Origin: the human T2T-CHM13v2.0 reference genome, Homo sapiens
Assembly: GCF_009914755.1 (NCBI RefSeq)
Contig: NC_060926.1
Strand: one strand, 5' to 3'
Length of the DNA: 64,000 nucleotides
In this document: piece after piece, positions 12,693-28,800 of the stretch
How the letters are laid out: the number at the start of each line of letters is the position of its first letter
Position numbering within the stretch: position 1 is the first letter of the stretch
Notes under the pieces: model-generated
Database searches by the model: none
What the model saw: the letters and a program-made list of their open reading frames with translations, nothing else
What the model was told of the DNA's origin: nothing
Position numbers and translations under genes: made by a program

Positions 12693-14459
12693 TATTCTCC
12701 AGGCTCTCAATAGCTTGCTAATGACTTAATGCTATTGTTCAATTACCCTAAAATGTAAGTTAGAATTAAACAAAAGCAATTTGATAATCTTTAATTTGAT
12801 GGACTTTATAATACCTTAAAACAACGCATTGTTGGTTCAGGTTTTGGCTGTTTTGGTGTTCAGAGGAATATAGGACATTTTGGTGAAAATCAAAGTTAAT
12901 AAAATATTTAGCACTTAAAGTATTTTTATTCTACATCCTGCTTAAAGCTTCTTTTCTTATGAGGGGCAATAGTTTTTGAAGTTTTTTTTAAATGTGTAAT
13001 ATTCAAAGATTCTTCAACCCCCAATAGTTTCCTGCTGAAACCTCCTGTGTTGTGCTGCAAAGGGGTCTATGATAAACAGGGTCTGTAATTCTTTGTTTGT
13101 ATTTTGTCTCCTCTCTTGGCTTCCTTTATACCTTTTTCTTTTCTCTTTGACCCTGAATTCTTTTCTTATCTGGTGGAACTGCTAGAATCCCTGCTGATAA
13201 GTCTCAGCTAGAGACACTGTTTCCTGCAGCAGGGAGGAAATGTTGCAGCTCCTTCTTGATTGATAAGAGGTGCAGAGCCCTGCTGAGCAGCTGCAAAAAG
13301 CAAATCCCTGCTTCAGAAGAAGTGAGTACTCTTAAGGCATTGATCTCAACCTGAGATTTTGCCTTATTTGCAAGGTGTAAGGAAGGATGACTTGGTGAAC
13401 TGAAATGGCCATTGGTCAGATGTGGTCAGATCCACTGAGGAATGATTATGCCAAGTTTAGAGGGGACCACTCACTAAGTGCTGAGATTATGGTGCTGGTC
13501 ATGATCGATGCTGATAGTAAATACAGCTACATTGCCATTGTGGCCTTTATGTTGAGTTGTTTTTGTGATGACTATTATTGTTCAAGAATTGCATTTTCCA
13601 ATTAATGGAAGTACTTTAGGTATATTATCTATAATAATAATTTTAAATGATAACAAATATGGAAATTAGACCAGAGCATAAAATTAAAGATATTTGAATA
13701 ATTACAGTGCAATCAAGTCAAAATTACTGATGCCTTTATTTGATGCTGTATTATGTGGAAAACAGCAAAGAATATACGTGCTTTGGAAGTTGAAAGTACA
13801 TCAGATTTTGACAGTAAAACTGCATAAATTATCAAGTAGTTTGAGTAATTTTTCTCCATGAATCTTCAAGTAAAAATAATAGTTGCAAAGATGAGTTCTG
13901 AAGAAAATTGGAAGGAATAAGTCAATATTCCAAATAACTTCTTAAACATGCTTGCTCTTTGAGAACACAGTTATGTAATCTGTTTGACATAGTGCCCTAA
14001 GTAATAGTGAAATATTGTTTTTAATCTTTAAAGAAGTTATGCTAACTGACAGAACTGACCAAAGGAAAATGTAATGAATTACTTCAATAGCTTACCATAT
14101 AAAATGTGTTGGTTGGTATGACTGGTATGTATAAAAATGTTGTATTATATCTTAGAAATATTTTTTATGCCATGCTATTATTGAAATGTAATAACTCAGT
14201 GGGTTTCATAGCACATATATTTATCAGTAATATATCTATGTATCTATATCTATAATACAGTTGGATACGGAGGAGTACACTATGAATATTCTACTTTCTT
14301 GAGACCCTAAATACGAAGTGAGTCAAGGACATAATTGGAATAAGATCAAATGGGAGAGAAATTTAGGCTAAAAATGAACTGCACAGGCTCATTCCTCGTT
14401 TCTTTGGTAAAGAGATCTGTCTTTTCATGTGACTATATTAAAAAGTTATTGAAGACAAC

Positions 14460-15103
14460 TGTAGTTTTTCAGATAATGGCCCCCCAAATATGTCTATACT
14501 CTAACCCCCACATCCTATGAACATATTATGTTACATGTCATAAAGGACTTTGCAGATGTAAATAAGGGTATGAACCTTAAGGAGATTATACTGGATTATC
14601 TGGGTAAACCCAGTGTAATCACATGAGCCCTTAAAAGCAAAAGAAGAAGGCACAGGAGTCAGAGACGTGGTAGAAGAGGAAGAAAGAGGGGATGGTAAAG
14701 AAGGGGAACAAGGATCTAAGAAGGATTTAATGTACCGTAACTGGCTTTGAAATGCAGGAGCTATGTACAAGGACTAGAAAGAGACCCCATGAGCTACGGG
14801 GTGGCTCCTGGAAACAGCCTGCAAGGAAATGGGGGCCTCAGTCCTACAAAATCAAGGAACTGGATCCTGCAAAACAAGCAAACAAAAAACCTGAATGAGC
14901 TTGGAAGCGGCTTCTTCCCAGAGATTCTCAGTTGGAACCTAGCTTACCAGCATTTTGATTATTGCCCTGTAAAACCCAAATCAGAGAAACCAGCTGAGCG
15001 AACCTGGACTTGTTATCTACAGAACTGTGAGATAGTAAGTTTGTGTTGTTTTAGGCTGCTGAATTTGTGGTAACTAATTCGGGTAGTGATAGAGACTTAT
15101 ATA
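14460..15103 (+). mobile_element. MaLR LTR (MLT1D/E-like)
   Basis: aatggcccccc...ggactttgcagatgt...ggagattatactggattatc...agaactgtgagatagtaagtttgtgttgtttt. Confidence 0.8.
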
Positions 15104-15420
15104 GTAGTGTATAGTAAAATGCACACATCATATGTGTACATCTTGATGAATTTTTCAACATCTATAGTGCCATGTAACCACCACCCAAGTCAAGATATGG
15201 AATATTTCCAGAACCTTAGAAAGCTCCCTCCTGTTTTTTTTCCAGTCAATATCCTTCTGTCTTTCCCCAGAGGTAATTACTATTCTGACTTTCTTCCACA
15301 GATTAATTTTGTCTGTTTTTAAGCTTCATATAAAGAAATCGTATATGTACTCTTGTGTCTGGCTTATTTTATTCATCATTATGTCTGTAAGGATTCAGTG
15401 TTGTACATAGCAATATTTCT
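15104..15420 (-). mobile_element. Old L1M (L1ME/MD-like) 3' fragment
   Basis: gtaaaatgcacac...tgatgaattttt...catgtaaccaccacc...; appears to resume near 23720-23990. Confidence 0.6.
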
Positions 15421-15939
15421 GTTTTTTAAAATTTATTATTTTATTATACTTTAAGTTCTAGGGTACATGTGCAGGACATGCAGGTTGGTTACATAGGTAT
15501 ACATGTGCCACGGTAGTTTGCTGCAGCCATCAATCTGTCATCTACATTAGGTATTTCTCCTAATGCTATCCCTCCCCCAGCCCACCACCCCCTGACAGGC
15601 CCCAGTGTGTGATGCCCCCCATCTCTGTGTCCATGTGTTCTCATTGTTCAACTCCCACTTATGAGTGAGAACATGCGGTGTCTGGTTTTCTGTTTTTGTG
15701 TTAGTTTGCTAAAAATGGTGGTTTCCAGCTTCATCCATGTCCCTGCAAAGGACACGAACTCATCCTTTTTTATGGCCATATAGTGTCCCATGGTGTATAT
15801 GTGCCACATCTTCTTTATCCAGTCTATCATTGATGGGCATTTGGGTTGGTTCCAAGACTTTGCTATTGTGAACAGTGCCGCAATAAACATACGTGTGCAT
15901 GTGTCTTTATAATAGAATGATTTATAATCCTTTGGGTAT

Positions 15940-16907
15940 TGTGGGCGGAAAGTCACCCAGGTGCCGAGGCAAGAGACCGAGGGCACGAGCCGTTCCAGTA
16001 TAATGAAGAAAATATGTAGAATAAGAATAGTTGTACTAGAAATAGATTATAGATATGTTTACATATGAATATCATTAATCATTAGTTTGTAGCACTACTC
16101 TTTATTCCAGTATTATAATAATTGTTGCTCTACAATTATAACCTAGGAAAAACGAGGCCAAACAGAGATAGGAGCTGAAGGGACACAGTGAAAAGTGACC
16201 AGAAGGCAAGTGTGAGCCTTCTGTTATGCCTGGACAGGGCCACTAGAGGGCTCCTTGGTCTAGCGGTAACGCCAGCGTCTTGGAAGACGCCCCTTACCTA
16301 GCGGACCTTGGTCTAGCAGTAGCGTCAGTGCCTAGAGAAGACACCCATTACTTAGCAGACCAGGAAAGGGAGCTTCCCTTTCCCCCCGGGAGTTAGAGAA
16401 GACTCTGCTCCACCACCTCTTGTGGAGGGCCTGATATCAGTCAGGCCCTGACTGTGATGCTGTGTTTCAGTGGTCACGCTCCTGGTCTGCTTTCATGTTC
16501 CACCCTGTACACCTGGCTCCGCCTTTTAGACGGCAGTAGCAGAATTAGTGAAAGTACTAAAAGTCTTTGAAATGCAGAAGTAATGGCGTAAGCTGTCTCC
16601 TCTCTCTCTCTCCGCCTCCACTGCCAAACAGGGAAGGGCCCCCTGTCCAGTGGACACGTGACTCGCGTCACCTTACCTATCATTGGAGATGGCTCACACT
16701 CCTTACCCTGCCCCTTTGCCTTCTATCCAATAAATAACAGCTCAGCCTGGCATTCGGGGCCACTACTCGTCTCCGCGTCTTGGTGGTAGTGGTCCCCCAG
16801 GGCCCAGCTGTCTTTTTTTCTCTTTGTCTTGTGTCTTTATTTCTATGATCTCTTGTCTCTGCACAGGAGGAGAAAAACCCACAGACCCTGTAGGGCTGGT
16901 CCCTACA
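15940..16907 (+). mobile_element. Solo LTR13 (HERV-K13/HML-4) inserted in L1 ORF2
   Basis: tgtgggcgg...gtgccgaggcaagagaccgagggcacgag start, ggtccctaca end; 968 bp; TSD ggtat at 15935-15939 and 16908-16912; AATAAA at 16729. Confidence 0.88.
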
Positions 16908-19900
<2,993 letters not shown>

Positions 19901-22309
19901 GCTCATTAGTTGATGCAGTTTCTTCATAGCCCTTATGGTCTTTACAATTTGGTAGGTTTTTGCATTGGCTGGTACCAGTTTTTGCTTTCCATATTTGATA
20001 CTTCCTTCAGGAGCTCTTGTAAGGCAGGCCTGGTGGTGAAAAAAATCTCTCAGCATTTTCTTCTCGGTATAGGATTTTATTTCTCCTTCGCTTATGAAGC
20101 TTAGTTTGGCTGGATATAAAACTCTGGGTTGAAAATTCTTTAAGAATGATGAATATTGGCCCCTACTATCTTCTGGGTTTAAGAGTTTTTGCAGAGAGAT
20201 GTGTTGTTAGTCTGATGGGCTTCCCTTTGTGAGTAAACCTGGCCTTTCTCTCTGGCTGCCCTTAACATTTTTTCCTTCATTTCAACCTTAGTGAATCTGA
20301 CGATTATGTGTCTTGGGGTTGCTATTCTTGCAAAGTATCTTTGTGGTGTTCTCCGTATTTCCTGAATTTGAATGTTGGCTTGCCTTGCTAGGTGGGGGAA
20401 ATTCTCCTGGTGAATATCCTGAAGAGCATTTTCCAACTTGGTTCCATTCTCCCCATCACTTTCAGGTACCCAAGTCAAGTATAGAGTTGGTCTTTTTCAC
20501 ATATTTCCATATTTCTTGGAGGCTTTGTGTGTTTCTTTTCACTCATTTTTCTCCTCACTTTATTTCATTGAGTTGATCTTCAATCTCTGATATCCTTTCT
20601 TCTGCTTAATTGATTGGGCTATTGATACTTGTGTATGCTTCATGAAGTTCTCATGCTGTGTTTTTCAGCTCCATCAGGTCATTTATGTTCTTCTCTAAAC
20701 TGGTTATTCTAGTTAGAAATTCCTCTAACCGTTTTTTCAAGGTTCTTAGCTTCGTTGCATTGGGCTAGAACATGCTCCTTTAGCTCAGAGGAGTTCATTA
20801 TTACCCAACTTCTGAAGTCTACTTCTGTCGATTTGTCAAATTCATTCTCTATCCCGTGTTGTTCCCTTGCTAGCAAGGAGTTAGATCCTTTGGAGGAGAA
20901 GACGTGTCCCGGTTTTTGGAATTTTCAGCCTTTTTGCACTGGTTTCTCCCCATCTTCGTGGATTTATCTGTCTTTGGTCTTTCACATTGGTGACCTTTGG
21001 ATGGGGTCTCTGAGTGGACGTCCATTTTTGGTGATGTTGATACTATTCTTTTCTGTTTGTTAGTTTTTCTTCTAACAGTCAGGTCCCTGTGCTGCAGGTC
21101 TGCTGGAGTTTGCTGGAGGTCCACTCCAGACCCTGTTTTCCTGGGTATCTCCAGCAGACGCTGCAGAACAGCAAAGATTGCTGCCTGTTCCTTCCTCTGG
21201 AAGCTTTGTCCCAGAGGGGCTCCTGCCAGATGCCAGCCAGAGCTGTCATGTATGAGGTGTCTGTTGGCCTACTGGGAGGAGTCTTGCAGTCAGGATACCC
21301 GGGGGTCAGGGAGGCACTTGAGGAGGCAGTCTGCCCCTTATCAGAGCTCAAACAATGTGCTGGGAGATCTGCTGCTCTCTTCAGAGCTGTCAGGTAAGGA
21401 CGCTTAAGTCTGCTGAAGCTGTGCCCACAGCTGCCCCTTACCCCAGGTGCTCTGTCCCAGAGAGATGGGGGTGATATCTGTAAGTCCCTGTCTGGGGCTG
21501 CTGCCTTTTTTTCAGAGATGCCCTGCCCAAAGAGGAGGAATCTAGAGAGTCAGTCTGGCTGCAGTGGCCTTGCTCTGCTGCGGTGGGCTCTGCCCAGTTT
21601 GAACTTCCTGGTGGCTTTGTTTACACTGTGAGGGTAAAACCGCCTACTCAAGCCTCAGCAATGGTGGGTGCCCCTCCCCTCACCAAGCTCCAGCATCCCA
21701 GGTAGAACTTAGCCTGCTGTGCTAGCAGCAAGAGTTTCATGCCAGTGGATCTAAGCTTGCTGGGCTCCAGGAGGATGGGACCTGCCAAGCCAGGCCACTT
21801 GGCTCCCTGGCTTCAGCCCTTTTTCCAGGGGAGTGAATGGTTCTGTTTTGCTGGTGTTCCAGGTGCCACTGGGGTATGAAACAAACAAACATAAAAACTC
21901 CTACAGCTAGCTCGGTGTCTGCCCAAATGGCTGCCCAGTTTTTTGCTTGAAACCCAGGGCTCTGGTGGAGTAGGCACCAGAGGGAATCTCCTGGTTCGCT
22001 GGTTGAGAAGACCGTGGGAAAAGCACAGTATCTGGGCTGGAGTGCACCATTCTTCCCGGTACAGTCTGTCACGGCTTCCCTTGCCTGGGGAAGGGCAATC
22101 CCCTGATCCCTTGTGCTTCTCGGGTGAGGCGATGCCCCACCCTGCTTAAGCTCGCCCTCCATGGGCTGAACCCACTGTCCAACCAGTCCCAATAAGACGA
22201 AATGGGTACCTCAGTTGGAAATGCAGAAATCACCCATCTTCTGCGTTGATCTCGCTGGGAGCTGCAGACCGGAGCTGTTCCTATTCAGCCATCTTGCCAG
22301 CAAATCTTT

Positions 22310-23315
22310 AAAAATTTTTTTATTTTTAATTTTTGTAGGTACATAGTGGGTACATATATTTATGGGATATATGAGGTATTTTAATACAGGTATAGAATGT
22401 GTAATAATCATATCTGGGTACATGAGATATCCATCACCTTAATCATTTATCCTTTCTATGTGTTAAAAATATTCCACCTATACTTTTTGTTATTTTAAAA
22501 TGTGCAATAAATTATTGTCAACTGTAGTCGCCCTGTTGTGCTATCAAATACTAGATTTTATTCATACTAACTATATTTTTGTTTCCATTAACCATCCCCA
22601 CTTCTCCATGCCTCTCCACTACCTTTCCCAGCCTCTGTTTACCATCATTCTACCCTCTATCTCCATGAGTTCAATTGTTTTAATTTTTAGCTCCCACAAA
22701 TAAGTGAGAACATGTGAGGTTTGCCTTTCTGTTCTTGATTTGTTTCATTTAACATTATTAACTTTATTCAGTTGTGTTCATTTTGTTGCAAATGACAGAA
22801 GCTCATTCTTTTTTTATGGCTGAATAGTGCTCCATTGTGTATATGCATGACATTTTCTTTATCCATTTCCCTGTTGATGGACACTTAGGTTGCTTCCAAA
22901 TCTTAGCTATTGTGAATAGTGCTGCAATAAACTTGGGAGTGCAGATATCTGTTCATATACTGATTTCCTTTCTTTTGGGTATATACCCAGCAGTGAAATT
23001 TAATTGCTAGATCATATGGTAACTCTATTTTTAGTTTTTTGAGGAACCTCCAAACTGTTCTCCATAGTGGCTGTACTAATTTACATTCTCACCAACAATG
23101 TATGAGGGTTCCCTTTTCTTCACATCCTCACTAGCATTTGTTATTGCCTGTCTTTTGGATAAAAGCCATTTTAACTGGGGTGAGATGCCATTTCACTGTG
23201 TTTTAATTTGTGTTTCTCTGATTATTAATGATGATGAGCATCTTTTCACATACTTGTTTGCCATTTGTATGTCTTCTTTTGAGAAACGCGTACCCAAATC
23301 TTTCACCTATTTTTT
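22310..23315 (-). mobile_element. L1MA2/3-like 3' fragment
   Basis: taggtacatagtgggtacatatatttatggg...ttttaatacagg 3' end and ORF2 tail; short continuation near 23670-23710. Confidence 0.8.
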
Positions 23316-23391
23316 AGCAGCTTTTTGAATATTAAGTTAACTTTTAAAATATTGGGTAGCTTTCCATATTTTCTATTTAAAAATCACACAT

Positions 23392-23660
23392 TTCTTTTTT
23401 TAAAATTTTACTATAAGTGCTGAGATACATGTGCAGAATGTGCAGGTTTGTTACATAGGTATATACATGTGCCATGGTGGTTTGCTGCACCTATCAACCC
23501 ATCATCTAGGTTTTAAGCCCCGCATGCATTAAGTATTTATCCTAATGCCCCCCCTCTCCTTTCCCCCCACCTCCCAACAGGCCCTGGTGTGTGATGTTCC
23601 CCTTCCTGTGTCCATGTGTTCTCACTGTTCAACTCTCACTTATGAGTGAGGACATGTGGA
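23392..23660 (-). mobile_element. Short L1PA8/10-like 3' end
   Basis: tacatgtgcagaatgtgcagg...ttttaagccccgcatgcatt. Confidence 0.85.
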
Positions 23661-24029
23661 CTTTCAACTGTTTTTTAATTAGATTATTAGATTTTTTTCC
23701 TATAGAGTTTGTTCACTTATTCTTTTTTATTGATATGCAATAATGTGCATCTGCTATGCAGCTTTTAAAATTGCTTTTCATTATATGAATATACTATAAT
23801 TTACCCATTCCATTGATGAATATTTGGATTGTATTTTTTTACTATTGTGAGTAAAGATTTAATGAACATTTTTGTACATATCTTTTTGGTGGATATAAAT
23901 ACTCATTTCTCTTGGGTATGTTCATGACAAAAGAATGGAATTGTGGGGCTATATGATAGATTTATCCTGAATAGGTATGTCAAACAGAATCTACTCCTAG
24001 TTCTTTACCAACTTTGGACTCTTTTCTTT

Positions 24030-25290
24030 ATCAATGGAACAAAAGAGTCCAGAAACAGACACACATACACACTATCAACTAACTTAGGGTAAAAGAAAGC
24101 ATTTTCACTAAATAATGTTGAATCAATTCGATATCTATATGGGAAAGAAAAATCAAACTTTGTTTCTCTAACTGATACCATACACAAATTATGGCTAGCT
24201 GAATGATAGAACTAAATCTAAAAGGAGAGAAAAGTAATGCTTCTGGAAGAAAATATAGGAGAATATATTCATGACCTTGAGGTAAGCAGACAGTTCTTAA
24301 ACAAGACACAAGAAAGCATAATTCCTAAAAGAAATAGTTGATAAATTTGACTTCCCTATGATAAGAACATCTATTAATTGAAGTTGATGGGGTTCAGGAC
24401 ATGCTACCCCAAAATAAGACACTTTGGGATTTGAGGAAACAGCAGAAGCAGTCCATATGAACTAGGAGGAATTCCTCTTGCCCCTTTTGCCCTGAAGGGG
24501 ACTGTAAAATTTAACTGACCTTACCCTAAAAATAGATTGTAAAATCCTCATTCAATGGGGAGTCTTCCTTACACTCAGAGGAAAAGAATATTCTTAGCTT
24601 TAAGGACTACAGAGACATGGAAAATAATCTAAGCAAACCAGCCTTACTATGTTCTCCCCAGTTAATTACTGTGAGATTATACCTCTTTTTGTCCAATCAT
24701 GTTTCTCCACAACTATTCACTTTTTCATCAGACTTAGCATAAAATATATGCAGTTTTCTGCTTCTTTGGAACTTCATTTTTGAAGGCCCCTGTGTCACAT
24801 TAAACTTACATTAAATAAATTTGTATGCTTTTCTACTGTTAATCTGTTTATTATTATAGGGTTTTCAGCCACAAACCTTGTAATGGGTGAGGAAAAGATG
24901 TATTTTCTCTAAGGCAAGTCTTAGACTGAGAGGAGATCTCTGGAGTGCATATATTAAACATGAGACTTGTATCTAGAATATGTAAATAACTCCTACAAAT
25001 CTATAAGGAAAAAATAGCTCCATAAAAACGTGGGCAAAATGTTTGAGCATTTCACAAAAGTGGCTATCCAAAAGCCATAGCATGTAGAAAGGTGTTCAAC
25101 ATCATCAGTTACTAGGGAGATGACATAGCACAACAAGTTACCCCTACACAGACATCAGAGTGGCTAAAATTATAAAGACTGAAAATACAAGACTGTTAAC
25201 AAGAATGTTGAGCAACTGCAGCTGACATATGTAGCCTGTGGGAGTTGGTACAACCAGTTTGGAAAACTGGCAGTGTCTATCAGTTAAAAC
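24030..25290 (+). mobile_element. Old L1M ORF2 fragment interrupted by an LTR
   Basis: caatggaac..agagtccagaaacagac, aatataggagaatatattcatgacctt, acaaccagtttggaaaactggcagt. Confidence 0.65.
24385..24910 (+). mobile_element. MER31-like ERV1 solo LTR
   Basis: tgatggggttcaggacatgctaccccaaaat start; attaaataaatttgtatgcttttct ... aatgggtgaggaaaag end. Confidence 0.8.
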
Positions 25291-27949
25291 ATGAGTAGTT
25301 CAGTAAGCAAAACCTCACCAGAGGAATAAAAGTATTTCAAGAGTGGAACTATGTGAGGTTTTCTGAACTGTCTTAGGGAAGTGACTGGGGTTGCATTGGG
25401 GGCTGCATCAAAAATAAATTGAAAGGTAAATAAAGGGATATACTGATTCTGTATGTTTAAGAGAAATTTGTACACTGTATAAGCTTGTTTCACTAACCAG
25501 CAGGGCTGCAACTACTATGAGTAAATCAAATGTTTATGAAGCCCTGTGGCCTTGCTTGCCTGACTCTTCACCTTTGCTGCATGGCAGGAATCCAGAATTG
25601 GGAGAAGCTCAGCAGGTGCTTTTGTGAGCAGTAGACTATCCACCATTGTGGCAGCCCCTTCCTCATTTGGTCTTCTGCCCTTGCTGCTGCTGAAGACCTG
25701 GAAGGGGGAGAGGTTTGCATTATCACCAAGGTTGCTAATAAATGATGTTTTTCAATATAAACATGTAAAAGTTTTGCCAGAGTAGTCTTACTTTCCCCTT
25801 AAATACTCCCCAAAATTACCAGAATATTTTAAATTATGACACAATGAAAATGTTATTGCTGCCAGAGTTGACATTTTTCTTGCAAAACCAAGCTTTAAGT
25901 GTTTTAATTTTAAAGAAGACATTTCCAAAGCTAGGGTTGTATGCATAACAGGATTCCTATCTTTTTTTTGTGCCGTCTATTAAGAGGCAATTCTTTTCTT
26001 TTCTAGGACTGTTCTTCCTTTCATGTTAAGAGAAAAGGCTGTTTTTGGATGACTAAGAGGATCCCAGAGACATGAGGATAGCATCTTTAGCTGCTTCTGA
26101 TACATATTATGTTCTTCATCTTGATGCTATTGATAGCACCATTGCTTGAATTCATTCTTGTTCATCCTCACTTACTTTTTTTTTGTCTCGTTACATAGAA
26201 AAAACTTGGAAGCATTTTAATGTTGAAGAACTTTCTTTCCTCTGCCCACCCCGCCGTGTCCATTTTGTCTATGATATAGCTGAATATAAACTCTAATACC
26301 TTTTTGTAGTTCTTTATTGGCCAGAGGAAAGTAAACAACTTGATTGTGCTCAGAGCCTGTCTCATGCCTCATTAGGTACTGGGGGTAAGCAGACGGCAGC
26401 AGCATTACATGCAGAAACTCTGCAGAAACATCTGATTTATTTTTATGAGCAAGTTATAGTCTTTAAGACATGAGCACCAAAGTCACAAGTGGTGCCATAT
26501 ACATCATAAAAATGAGGGATGTTTTCTTATATGTCATGAAATAACCCATGCATGTAATTCCTTTGACGGGAAAGAAAGAAATAGTCTCTTAGAACAAATT
26601 GATTTTTAAAACCATGTTATACAGTTGTCTTTCCAAAATTCAATGACTTGGTTGTCTTGGCAAAAATTAAAATGCCCCAAAACATCAGCATCTATATCTC
26701 AGAAGAGCGTGGAAATTCAGATTTGCCTGGCTTAAGGTGTGATCTTTTCATCCTATTCTGATAGAAAAGCTTCTCCATGCGGAAGACTGCACTTGTTTCT
26801 CTCTTGGAGCAGAGTTCTTGTGTTTAGAAATATGTGTCTTTAAATGATTTCACCGATAATGAACAAGTACAATCAAACAACTTTTCATAGCAGGAGGGCT
26901 AGGTAGATGAAGTTAGCATTTGTAGACCTGTAATTAAGTGCAGGGTACCATTTGGATTTATGAAACAATAACAATAACTTTACATTCCACAGTATTTTAC
27001 CATTTACGCCGTGTCTTAATAAGCATTGCAGGAGTTTTCAGTCATGATTTCTCAGACAAGACCACATTGGAAGTTAATTTATATGGCTATCCAATGTCAG
27101 AAAATCAGGTTAAAATTCAGTTTTCCCACAGTAGAGTCCTTGTGATCCTTAGCTTGTGATCTCTTCAGTGAACTTAAGATGCCTTTCTGGCTACTTTCCA
27201 AAAGTTTCCGGTTAGATGTCATCTGCTTACTTGAAGCCCAAAACAATTATCACCTTCCCCTTAAAACTGACTTTCCCTTCTGACTTTTCCTTTTCTGTTG
27301 ATGGTAGTACATTTCTCATTGTTGTCCCCATCAAAGGTGAATCTTGATTTAGTTATTTATAATTACTCTTCTGAAAGAATTTGAGGAAAATTGTTCCTTG
27401 GTGGCTTGGTGTACACTTAAACAATCAAACCCAAAAATGAACATCAATGGGTTCTAATTTGGGTTCTTTTAATTCAGGAAGCATGCTACCTTCAACAAGT
27501 TTCTTACCCAGCAATGTGCAAAATATTTCTTAGGGGCCTAGAAAATGCAAAGTATGGTATTAGGCACCATGCATCAACAAGTAGCAAACATTGCTGCTCT
27601 CTAAGGAACTTTACGGTCCACTTCTGCAGACAAGATTTATTGAAAATGTTCAATTTACAATAACATTCCAGTATCATAAGGCAGTTGGGTCACTGCATCC
27701 TTAAAGCTGAGATCTCTTTTAGTCCTTCCCACTTTTTTCTTTTTTTCAGTGAGAATCCAAAGGTGGAGAGGTAAAATGACTTGTAATGGGCATCCCAAGG
27801 CATCTTAATAGCAGAGTTGTGCTTAGACCTGGGGGTGGGGTGGGGTATGGTACCTGGTTGAGTGCTTTTCTGCTTTACAATACTGAGCTGCTATAGGAGT
27901 GGGCAGACTGTTAGTTCAATATGTTCCAAGAATGAAAAGTCACAGTATT

Positions 27950-28800
27950 TTGAGAAAAGACCATGGAGGAGGTAAAATCTGAGCTGGCCCTTGAAAGGTA
28001 ATTCATATTTAGGTAAAGGGTATGGAAAGAGCTTTCCAAGGAAACCAGATGGGACAGATTAGGAGATCGGGGATTAGGTAGATATGAATAAGGCAGGTGC
28101 TTCCTCCTGTTGAATAGTACTGGGAAGTAAGACTTGGAAATACAACTAAAGAGTAAAACATTTTAGGGAGATTCATGTTATAGTGGAGAGCAGGACTGAT
28201 TGTAATGTGTGAGAAACTAAAATGAGATGGTCAAGTAGGAGGTTATTGAAGCAGTTTAGGTATTATGATTACAGCCCAAACGGATATGGTAGGTATAGAA
28301 ATTAAAAGAGAGGTATAGATGGGGGAACTCTTGAAGGATGAATAGAAATTAATGACAGGTTGGATTAAGGAGGTGAGAAAGAAGCTGCAGGCAAGGGAGA
28401 CACAAGTTTGAGACTTGATGGACAAAACAATGAGAAATGAACTACCATGAGCAGAAAAGGAAAAGTCAGAGGGTGATAATTGTGTTGGGCTTCAAGTGTG
28501 TGGGCAAGATCTCAGTGGAAACCCATGGAAGGTAGCCAGGAAGACATCTTCAGTAAAGAGATCATGAGCTAAAGACACAGATTTGAGAATTATCTGCATA
28601 AAAAGTGGTAGTTGAGATGTGACAATGGGACTAGACTCTGAGAATGGAATATAGTGGGTGAGCTTTGGGAAACACCTACCTCTAGGGGGAAAGAACAGGG
28701 GGTGGGAGTCAGTACAGGCAATGTAGGCCTGAAGGATCTGGCTGGCCTGGAAGCAGGAAAATAAGAAAAGTGTGAGAAGAGAATTCAGTTTCAAAAATTA
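27950..28800 (-). mobile_element. L2 relic(s)
   Basis: Purine-rich diverged L2-like text (gaggtaaaatctgagctggcccttgaa, gatttgagaattatctgcata). Confidence 0.5.

Noticed and set aside
20755-22192. Cluster of 84-151 aa overlapping ORFs
   Set aside because: GC-richer L1 5'UTR and ORF1 sequence, where stop codons are naturally scarce
27478-27551. Apparent exon (ttcag|GAAGC...CAAA|gtatgg) with one open frame
   Set aside because: Weak donor, and the sequence resembles a decayed L2 3' end
27830-27850. G-rich gggggtggggtggggtatgg as a G-quadruplex
   Set aside because: Only three full G-runs, isolated, no supporting context
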